64,000 nt of DNA from the human T2T-CHM13v2.0 reference genome, Homo sapiens: NCBI RefSeq assembly GCF_009914755.1, contig NC_060925.1; one strand, written 5' to 3'. Below, piece by piece: positions 53,490-64,000 of the stretch (within the stretch, counting starts at the first letter, position 1; each line of letters starts with the position of its first letter). Both the position numbers and the translations under genes were made by a program. A model generated the notes under the pieces. It saw nothing but the letters and a program-made list of their open reading frames with translations, was not told the origin of the DNA and did no database searches.

Positions 53490-55254
53490 TTACTATTAGT
53501 TATTGGAAATAAACGGATGAAAAGGAGTCCAGAAATTTCTGTGTGTAGAGAGGTCAGTATGAAATTAAATAGAATTAAATTAGATAGAAGGAAAACCTTC
53601 ACTTTTCTGACAGTGGGTGTTTCTGGGGAGATGAGCGGGTAGTAGTTAGAAGGACTGAAGTTTTATCTGTAATATTTTATTTCTTTAAAAACAGAAAGAG
53701 GCCGGAGGCAAATATGAAAAAATGTAAACTGTGAAGAATAGGTGTTTGTTATGTCATTCTTTGTGATTTTCCTCTCTATCTTTAAACATTTCACCAGTTT
53801 AAAAATGGTCATCATCACTTTTAAAAGTTTAAATGAATTTTTACTCTCTCCTTGATATGATTTAACTTACCAAATAAATTCAAGCTACACACATTCTAAA
53901 GTGTTATGTCTACTTTAAAGAGGCTGCTCTCTTCCCAGTGCCCTGAAACGTGACATGATTGTTCTTTCCTTAAATTCTTTCCTTAGTCTGGAGTGTGCTC
54001 TCATTTCCTCCCTGCTCAGCCATTGTCTAGATTCCACTCAGGACCAGCTCATATCCCTTTTTTCCAAAAATCTTCCAGCCCATTTTGATTTCTTCTTGCG
54101 GAACTCCTATAGTACCACTCACATGTACCACTTAGCATATGTCATTTGACTTTGAATTTAACTTGTCTTTCCCATAGAAATCATGCAGCTCCTTGAAGGC
54201 TTAGATTTCTTATATTCAGGGATGGCAATAAGAGCTTCCATTCCCCCATTCCCATGCTATCCCCCCAGCAGACATCACTAATCAACCACATCACTTTTTC
54301 CCACTGAGCTTGGACATGGTCTCAGAATCCTTCTTAACAGAGCTCCTGGGGCTGCTATAATATTGCCAATTGCAGATTGGGCATGCAGAAGAAACCTCTT
54401 TCCATCCCTGCCTATACCTCTATAGTTTCCAAAGTACCAGTGTTATTCCCAGGAGAGACTCAGAAGGAACTAGCATAATCCTGAAAATGCCAAAGTTATA
54501 AAAACCTATGACAGCTTAGGTTTTGAAGAAATCTCATAGCTCATTTTAGTGATAGGCTGATGGCTGATTCAACTGTTTGAAAGTTTCAAGAAAACCAGGG
54601 GACTACGAAATGTTGGAAAAGGGATTAATATAATCCCAAACACCCATGCACCTGATATCCATTTAGTAGGAAAACATGGCTGCCAAGCTACAGGTGAAAG
54701 ACTCAGGTCCAAAGGCATTTCATCATTTCATTATGAAGTGGAAGAACGAGCCTTTCCAAAGCTCTCCAAGGCCTTGGGAAAGCCCTAGGCCAGAGAGAGA
54801 GGAGAAGGGTAGGGGACTGTCTCCTTGGTATCCTTGAGAAATAAGGCAGCTGGGACAGAGGCCTGAGGAGTCCTCACATGGACATCCTTGAAGTCCTATT
54901 TACCCCTGAGTGTGTCAGAGTCCTGGAGAGTCCTATGCCAACAAGCTGGTCAAGGGAGCCTCTTCCTGCGTGGTTTTTTCCAGCTTCATTGTGGTTTTTT
55001 TTCCTACATTTTAAATTTTCTATAATGACCATGTTTTATTCTTACGATCAGAAACTGAAAGAAAAAAAGAAAACATATCCCAGAGGAATACCACTCTTTT
55101 TTCCTAAAGTGGTATCTACTATTACTCTACCTTTGAAATCCGAGAGAAAGAGAAAAGCAAAGTGTATCATTTCAGCCAGCAAGAAAGTGGGAACTGGAAA
55201 CTGGAAGGGAATATAAAATCCCTTCATCAAAATACTCTGTATGGTGACTGGTCA

Positions 55255-55500
55255 TTTATTCACTCATGCATTCATTCTGTCTTTCTTTCCGTCATTTGCT
55301 TAATAATCATTTATAGAGAGGCTACTACGTGCTTGGGACACAAGAGAACAAATTAGATACCACCCCTGCCCTCATGAAGTATTCAGTCTGCCGGGAGGGT
55401 GAGGGTGGAGTGAGCAGAGGACAGGCATTTATCAGATACCACACATAAGGATGTTCAATTATAACCAGGCTAAGCGTTGTACCATAAAGGTATGTGATGG
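55255..55500 (-). mobile_element. L2 3' fragment
   Basis: CATTCATTC...CCCTGCCCTCATGAAG. Confidence 0.6.
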
Positions 55501-55677
55501 CCTGGGCTGGAGGAAAGAGGTAACCTCATTGTCATTCCCGGCTCTGTGCTGTCTCCACCATCACTGCATTGGCTGCGGACTGTAGCAGAGCCTCCTTCCT
55601 GCCTCTCCCTCTCCAGTCCATCTTGCAGCTCCTTTTACTACCGACCTTCCCACAGCCCTGCTTTCTGTACTGGGTAG

Positions 55678-56035
<358 letters not shown>

Positions 56036-56354
56036 TTCTTTGTTTTTTTTTTTTTTTTTTTTTGAGACAGGGTCTGGCTGTGTCACTTAGTCTGGAATGC
56101 AGTGGCAAGATCATAGCTCACTGCATCCTCGAACTCTTGGGCTTAAGCGATCCTCCCACCTCTGCCACCTGAGTAGCTAGGACAACAGATACACCACCAT
56201 GCCCAGCTGAGTTTTGTTTTTTGTTTTTAATTTTTGTAGAGACAGGGTCTTGCTATGTTGCCCAGGCTGGTCTCAAGCTCCTGGGCTCAAGCAGTCCTTC
56301 TGCCTCAGCCTCCTGAAGTGCTAGGATTATAGGCATGAGCCATCATGCCCAGCT
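56036..56354 (-). mobile_element. AluJ
   Basis: Antisense J-type dimer. Confidence 0.93.
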
Positions 56355-56482
56355 CCTATTGCCAATTGTCTTAAGGTTAAAGAACTCTGTCTAGCTTGGC
56401 CCTCCTGGGGGATCTCACTTCTCCCAGGGTCTCCACTAGCCCATATGGCACCTTTGGTGCAGATTTTTAAAAGGTGGCTCTT

Positions 56483-56874
<392 letters not shown>

Positions 56875-57034
56875 CTAATTCTCTGCTTTCCTGTTTTACC
56901 TCCGCAACTAGTCCACATCTGTCCGGAGCAGAAATTTTCATCTTTTTTGTATTTTGATTCTCACAGCTGTCAACTAAGCCCTGGACACAAGGCACAGTAT
57001 CTTCCTGGGGATAGATATGACCAACTGACTGATT

Positions 57035-57463
57035 CTTTTTTTTTTTTGAAATGGAGTCTCACTCTGTTGCCCGGGCTAGAGTACAGTGGTGCGATTTCGG
57101 TTCACTGCAACCTCTGTAACCTGTGTCTAAGCAATTCTCCTGCCTCAGCCTCGCTGGTAGCTGGGATTACAGGCACCCACCACCACGCTGGGCTAATTTT
57201 TTGTATTTTTAGTAGAGATGGGGTTTCACCATGTTAGCCAGGATGGTCTCGATCTCCTGACCTCATGATCCACCCACCTCAGCCTCCCAAAGTGCTGCCA
57301 TTACAGACGTGAGCCACCACGCCCAGCCAATTTTTGTATTTTTAATAGAGACAGGGTTTCGCCATGTTGGCCAGGCTGGTCTTGAACTCCTGATATCAGG
57401 TGATCCATGCACCTCAGCTTCCCAAAGTGCTGGGATTACATGCGTGAGCCACCGTTCCCAGCC
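57035..57463 (-). mobile_element. Three-monomer Alu (extra left arm)
   Basis: Full Alu 57035-57328 plus second left arm and linker 57329-57463; TSD TGACTGATTCTT. Confidence 0.9.
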
Positions 57464-57536
57464 TGACTGATTCTTAAATGACAGCAGCTTTCAGTGGAAT
57501 CCTGTTCAGCCTCCACATGTGCTCTTGGAAAGTATT

Positions 57537-57615
57537 CACCCAACCGGAACACCACAAGACGTCTTGGAGTTTCCAGGGCAGTCCTGATTTTGAATCTTTG
57601 AATCTCACTGTCTAA
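57537..57615 (+). repeat. About 78-bp direct repeat, copy 1
   Basis: Near-identical to 58461-58537. Confidence 0.9.
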
Positions 57616-57788
57616 CCATCATCATGGAAAACTTTCTCACTGCCTTAAGGCCTCCATTTCTCCATCTGCAAAGTGGGAGGAATAGCTGGGCACTTTGTAT
57701 ACAGACAACTGGGAAGAGAGGACAAATCAGGGCACATTGAAACCTTCAGTGGCTGAGGGGACACAGGAGGAAGATGCGTGGTGGAGAG

Positions 57789-58292
57789 AAGGAGGAGGTA
57801 ATGGGTCCTGTCTCTCCTGATCTTCACAAGGAGGAGGTAATAGGTCCTGTCTCTCCTGATCTTCACAAGGAGGAGGTAATGGGTCCTGTCTCTCCTGATC
57901 TTCACAAGGAGGAGGTAATGGGTCCTGTCTCTCCTGATCTTCACAAGGAGGAGGTAATGGGTCCTGTCTCTCTTGATCTTCACAAGGAGGAGGTAATGGG
58001 TCCTGTCTCTCCTGATCTTCACAAGGAGGTAATGGGACCTGTCTCTCCTGATCTTCACAAGGAGGAGGTAATGGGTCCTGTCTCTCCTGATCTTCACGAG
58101 GAGGTAATGGGTCCTGTCTCTCCTGATCTTCACAAGGAGGAGGTAATGGGTCCTGTCTCTCCTGATCTTCACAAGGAGGAGGTAATGGGTCCTGTCTCTC
58201 CTGATCTTCACAAGGAGGAGGTAATGGGTCCTGTCTCTCCTGATCTTCACAAGGAGGAGGTAATGGGTCCTGTCTCTCCTGATCTTCACAAG
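57789..58292. repeat. Minisatellite/VNTR, 13 copies of 39-bp unit AAGGAGGAGGTAATGGGTCCTGTCTCTCCTGATCTTCAC
   Basis: Directly visible; two units are 36 bp; only three point variants seen. Confidence 0.97.
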
Positions 58293-58460
58293 TGAACCGA
58301 GTTTACCACAGGAACTGTGAGCAGTTGGGGCCTACTGCTCTGGGGAGAGCGCCTCTCACCAGTGTGGCCCTTATCTGTTTGCAAGAGCCGCCTCCTTCCT
58401 GGGCCCCAGCCACCTGTGGTTGACTGAAGCTCTCAAATGAAGTTTGACCCAACCACACAA

Positions 58461-58537
58461 CACCCAACCTGAACACCACAATAGGTCTTGGATTTTCCAG
58501 GGCAGTCCTGATTTTGAATCTTTATCTCACTGTCTAA
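58461..58537 (+). repeat. About 78-bp direct repeat, copy 2
   Basis: Near-identical to 57537-57615. Confidence 0.9.
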
Positions 58538-59639
58538 AAATGGTATGTTCCAGTTCAGGGCCCAAAAACCTGATCAGCTGCACACTGGGAGTCCTAGGTG
58601 AGAGGTTAAAGTGGAGACCTTGCCTTGTTTCTCACTGGCACCCCAGGCTCCCCCCTCTGAACTGTGCCACATGGGAGCACCTCTCCTGCTGCTCCTCCGT
58701 TTCCTGAGCCTGGCGCCTGCCCTCCCACTGTCCCAGGACTCATCTGACCGTCATGCCAATGGCGGGCTCACTGGGGTCTCGGGGAGATCAGGCCTTCACT
58801 GTCTAATTCATCAGGGACTAGCAGTGGGATGTGGGTTGGGGATGTTTTGGGGTGGACGGGTCTTTTGATGGGTGGCACTCAGGTCATGTCAGAACAGGGG
58901 CTGAAGGCAGGTAGAGGCAGGAGAAGCCCCGCTTCCCTCGGCATCCTGCGTGGGTGAACAGAAACAGGAAGCAGAGGAGTGTGACGGGGTTGGAGACACC
59001 AGAGCACAGTGTGATGTGATGGCTGCTCTGCGGCTTGTCAATACTGAATCTTCCAAGGGGGCCATTTCCTCATCTATACAAAGGGCCCGTAACTGGACAG
59101 GATGTGTGCTGAGTGGCTGCCCAGCTGCAGCTCCTCTCCGAGAACACCAGCCCCTGGCAGTTTCCTGAACGCAGTGACCCCGCTGCGTACCTGTGACCCC
59201 ACCCCTGACCAGGCCTGGGAGCCTCTTCTGTCTGAGGCAGCCCTGTGGGAGCTGGCAGGAGGAGAGACACATGGAGGGGACTTCTGCGGCTGAGGGACAG
59301 CCAGGAGAAGGGCAGTGGGGAAACTTGTGAGTAAGCAGAAGCCACGAGGCAGGGCGAAGGCGCGTGAAGACAGAGCCGCAGGGGCACAAGGAGCAGCTGC
59401 AGACGCTGCAGGGTCCCTGGGAAACTGAGTCACGCCTTGGGCACAGTCACTCCGTGGGGCACAGCGTGGGCACTGCTTCTGAAGGCACACCTGCTGCTGT
59501 GGGATCCTGAACAACACTCCAGTTCTCCTGAAGATCTGATTGTCTTGATGCCAAACTGATTTCCAGTGTTGCTTTACTTCTAGTTTATCCCTACAATTGT
59601 GCTCCCCGGCCTGTGGGGACCAGCATTGATCTCTGTCCC

Positions 59640-59795
59640 TTGCAACCTGAGACAGTCAACAACTGGTCTCAGTGGTTCATCTGAACCCACTTTACAGAGG
59701 AGAAAATAGAGTCATAGAGGTCTGTGTCCAAGGTTGTGGCTGGTAAGTGCTGGAGCCAGGATTGATTCCAGCTTCTTTCCCACTATACCCAGGTA
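59640..59795. mobile_element. MIR fragment
   Basis: CCCACTTTACAGAGGAGAAAATAGAG...GTAAGTGCTGGAGCCAGGATT. Confidence 0.7.
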
Positions 59796-60074
59796 TTATT
59801 GCTGAAAAAAAGGGAAACCTAGAATGTTATGCCTACAGGGTAGGCGTGAGCTCCCGCCATGGCCGGAGTTCCAGCTGTGTCCTGGTTCTCATCACCCAGA
59901 CACGCTTTGAACCTGAAGGTGGAAAGTGGAAAAATGCCAAACTGGTTTGAGAAGAAAGGGGGAGAACGTCAAGTGGAAAATATTCTGTTCTCTGCCTCAT
60001 CATTAGAAGAAAGGAAAGGGGTGTGTGTCTCATTTTTCTTAACAAAAGCAACACAGGAAGAAAACTGTTTATTA

Positions 60075-60390
<316 letters not shown>

Positions 60391-60779
60391 ACTTTAAGAC
60401 ACTGCATACTTTAGCAAGTAAGCAAAGATGCAGAGACACTCATTTTGGCTCTAAAGCTCTTAAGAAATCTTTGCAAAAGAAGAAGAAAAAAAAAGGTAAT
60501 CAAAAGCCTTTTTTTTTTTTTTTTTTTTAAAGAAACCTGAAATGGTTCAGGTGACTTGAGGGCATGTTTGGGCAATTTTGTTTTACTTGAGGTCATATAG
60601 ATAGCTATAATAAGCTGTCAGCTTATTCTACCTGTACCTTGGAAGTGGCCAGTCAGGAAGGAGGTGAACATTATGGGTCTTTCAAGGATTCTAGGGGCCC
60701 TGTCTGATCCCCCACTGGCTCCATTCTTGCCAACCTCTCCTAAACACTCTGACCTAGGGCACCTGACTCAGTTGTTAGA

Positions 60780-61105
60780 TGTCAAAGTGAGAGGCATATC
60801 CATTCTCATTCATCTTTCAAAATTGAGTTCCACTGCCTCCTCCTCCAGGAAGCCTTCCTTGATTCTCTGTCTCATTCCCACTGCTCTTCCCATTCAGGAT
60901 TAAATCCCTCTCCTCTGTGTCCCCACCTTTTCCTGTGCAGTAGTGCATCTCTCTGTCCTGGTATTCATCATACCACATTATGATAATCAGTTCACACTGT
61001 CAGGCCCTCAGGGTAAGAGGCAAGTCTTCTTTAACTTCGTATTATCAGTACTTAGCCAAGGGCCTGGCATGTAGTAGATGCTCAATAAATTTTGCTGAAT
61101 GAATA
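60780..61105 (+). mobile_element. L2 3' fragment
   Basis: CCTCCTCCAGGAAGCCTTCC; GCCTGGCATGTAGTAGATGCTCAATAAATTTTGCTGAATGAAT. Confidence 0.75.
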
Positions 61106-61489
61106 CAAGAAAAGAAGGGAAGTGGGGAGGACATTTTGGGAAATATGAAATTTTCTTTTTGAGATTTATCTCAAAAATACGTGTCTAGTACTTGTCCACA
61201 GATAGCAATTAAAGTCAGGATTCTATTTGCTGCAAATGATTGAGTTTCTTCACTCCCAGTTGTAACTTGGGCACCTAAGGCAGGAGGAAATTGGGGTAGA
61301 TTTAGAGGGATTTGGGAACATTGTGTCTGAGGAGTGTGTGTGTGTCCTAACACATTTCTGAACTAAGTAGATGTCTCTGAACCACATACAAAAGGCAAAC
61401 ATGCCACATTTTGTCTCCCTGGAACTTAGTAACTTAGCAATTTCACCTTTGGGACCACGGCCACCCACTAGCATTCAAATCGCTTAGTG

Positions 61490-61592
61490 CAGAAGGGGGC
61501 TTGTTCTCTTGTTCACTATTGCAGCCTCAACCCTAGAAAAGGCCCTAGCAATGGGTAGGTCCTCAATAAAGATTTGTTGAATGATTAAATAA
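61490..61592 (+). mobile_element. L2 3' end fragment
   Basis: TTGTTCACT...GTAGGTCCTCAATAAAGATTTGTTGAATGA. Confidence 0.65.
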
Positions 61593-62024
61593 GTGAGAAA
61601 AGGACCTGAGAGCAGCTTAGGTGCCACAAAATTTCTGCCGTAGATATCTTGAACTTCACTCCCAGGAGAACCCTCATATTCTCACTCAAGACAGTTTACA
61701 AACAGTTCTATCAGATTTCATTATCTGATTCTATCTTCGCTGGAGACAAAAAATTGGAAGAAAGGCAAAGAATTTTTACTCTACCTATAGAAATATGTTT
61801 TCTTTATTACTTAGGAAGAAGGAAAAGTAGATACAAGACTTCAAAACACACAGTAGACAAGGGCCAACTGTGGCAGCTATAAGCAGCTTTCAGTAATGCC
61901 TTGGTTCCTGGGAGCATGAACACACAGCATTAACTGACATGCAAAATGATAACCCAGTCATGAAATACAGAAGAAGTTCATTTTGGCTTAATTGTCTAAG
62001 ACGACAGGCAAGTCAATAAAACAC

Positions 62025-62242
62025 TTCTTTTTTTTTTTTTTTTTTTGAGACAGGGTCTCCCTCTGTCACTCAGGCTGGAGAGCAGCAGCACAATCAACAC
62101 CCAGCTAATTTTTAAGTTTTTTGTAGAGACGAGGTTTTGCCATGTCGCCCAGGCTGGCCTCCAATTCCCAGACTCAAGTGACCTGCCCACTTCAGCCTCC
62201 CAAAGTGCTAGGATTATAGGCCTGAGCCACCACGCCTGGCCC
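62025..62242 (-). mobile_element. AluJ with large right-arm deletion
   Basis: Right arm jumps from CACAATC to ACACCCAGCTAATT. Confidence 0.9.
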
Positions 62243-62789
62243 AGTGAAACATTTCTGAAAGGTCTCTATTAATGATGGATAAAATTGAAAAAAGTGAGGT
62301 GCTTAAAGAATTAATCCAAAAGCGTTTCTATTAGCTGGACTATTGTGGTATCTTTAGGTATTTTTGATGATCAGGTTTGTTGCTAATTATCCCTCTGTGG
62401 CTTCTCCCATCACCGGATGCCTTGGGGTCCTGTCCCTGGCGGAGGTGGGAAGATGTGGTCCCTGGGAGCTGCCCTGTGGACATCCCGGAGTTGGAGCCCA
62501 CAGTCTAAACCAGTCCTTACGGACTTATTTCTGATTTTCTTAGACTGTGAGAAAAGGCTTCTCTAGGGAGCATGGAATACGATGCTGATTAAACACGATT
62601 GTAGTTAAGTTTAGGATTAGTGGCAATCGGGGAGAGAAGACAGTAGAGAAAGCCACCCAGGGCTGAGCGGGGAGGAAAGGGCCTTGGATACCTTCCCCCT
62701 GCCCCGTGAGTGAGGGGGGCTGATGTGCAGGTGGCGAGCATATGTGGAAGGTGGCACTCCCCCAGGTGGCACTGGATAAGAGAACACCT

Positions 62790-63092
62790 TTGCTAGGGAT
62801 GTTTGCTTCCCCCCACAGTTCCTATGTCGAGACCCTTACCCCTACAATGTGTATTAGGAGGTGAGAACTTTGGGAAGTGATGAAGTCAAGAAGGTGGAGC
62901 CCTCACGCAAGGGAACTGTGCCTTGTAAAAGAGACCCCAGAGAGCATGTGAACCAAGAAATGGCCCTCACCAGACACCAAATCTTCTGGTATGTCGATTT
63001 CAGACTTCTTGACCTCCAGAACTGTGAGAAGTACGGTTGTGCTGTTTATGAGCCATCCAGTCTAAGGTATTTCATTAAAGCAGCATGAACAT
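62790..63092 (+). mobile_element. MLT1A-like LTR, internally deleted
   Basis: GTATTAGGAGGTG...GGTGGAGCCCTCA; GCCCTCACCAGACACC; CCTCCAGAACTGTGAGAA. Confidence 0.85.
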
Positions 63093-63214
63093 ACCCTTCT
63101 TCCTCCAGACCCCCGTGGGCAGAGCAAATGCCTGCAGAGGAACTGAGGCTGGACCAAGAGGAACCCAAGGAAAAGGTGCTGCCATGTGGCTTGGACAGGG
63201 CAGCCTGGGGGTAG

Positions 63215-63589
<375 letters not shown>

Positions 63590-63939
63590 TCGAGGAGACT
63601 TTAAAACACCTCCATCAATCCTCTTTGAGAATCCACCCAACACCCGGTGGATGTTCAGTGGCCTCCATGATCCCAACTTCAACAATCTTGAGGGGGTCTG
63701 ACAGCTCCTGGACAGTCGCTCTGGAGGGCTCCCCAGAGGGAGGGGCAGAGCTGCACCATCCCTCGGATACCCTCCAGGGGCTGGTAACCACATAAAATCC
63801 AGCTGGTGGTCTCACCCAGTAGGAAGACTTTGACTAGTGGAACTAGCACAACAACAAAACAAAAGCTGCCAGCATCTGTTAGTTGAGAAGAAGGCCTGTC
63901 CTGAAGCAGCCTTTGCTTCCTTCTTAAAGGTAAATATAA

Positions 63940-64000
63940 GGCTGGGTGCGGTGGCTCAGCCTGTTATCCCAGCGCTTCAGAAGTCCGAGGTGGGAGGATC
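63940..64000 (+). mobile_element. Alu 5' end, cut by the window edge
   Basis: GGCTGGGTGCGGTGGCTCA...GAGGTGGGAGGATC. Confidence 0.9.

Noticed and set aside
57789-58292. CRISPR-like array
   Set aside because: The units are contiguous with no unique spacers, there are no cas genes, and the context is eukaryotic. It is a minisatellite.
58889-59517. 147-166 aa minus-strand ORFs
   Set aside because: Expected by chance in GC-rich DNA, with no homology recognised.

Overview
Primate, almost certainly human-type, genomic DNA with no convincing protein-coding exon, RNA gene or CpG-island promoter. It reads as an Alu-dense intergenic or intronic interval: about 55 Alu/FLAM copies by hand count, roughly a quarter of the window. 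These sit on older repeats: L1M and L2 fragments, MIRs, MaLR LTRs (MLT1, MSTA), a near full-length Tigger1, MER6, MER82 and MER20-like elements. Most ORFs in the track are Alu, L1 or Tigger translations or chance ORFs. Repeat family calls come from recalled consensus sequences and need RepeatMasker/Dfam confirmation; boundaries of old elements are approximate. I found no novel multi-gene system. The most unusual structures are: (1) a ~224-bp inverted copy of the local Tigger1 inserted into an Alu with template-switch junctions (14910-15133); (2) a 13 x 39-bp VNTR that is open on both strands and bracketed by a ~78-bp direct repeat (57537-58537); (3) a fold-back Alu inside an AluJ linker (23629-23805); (4) a three-monomer Alu under one TSD (57035-57463).
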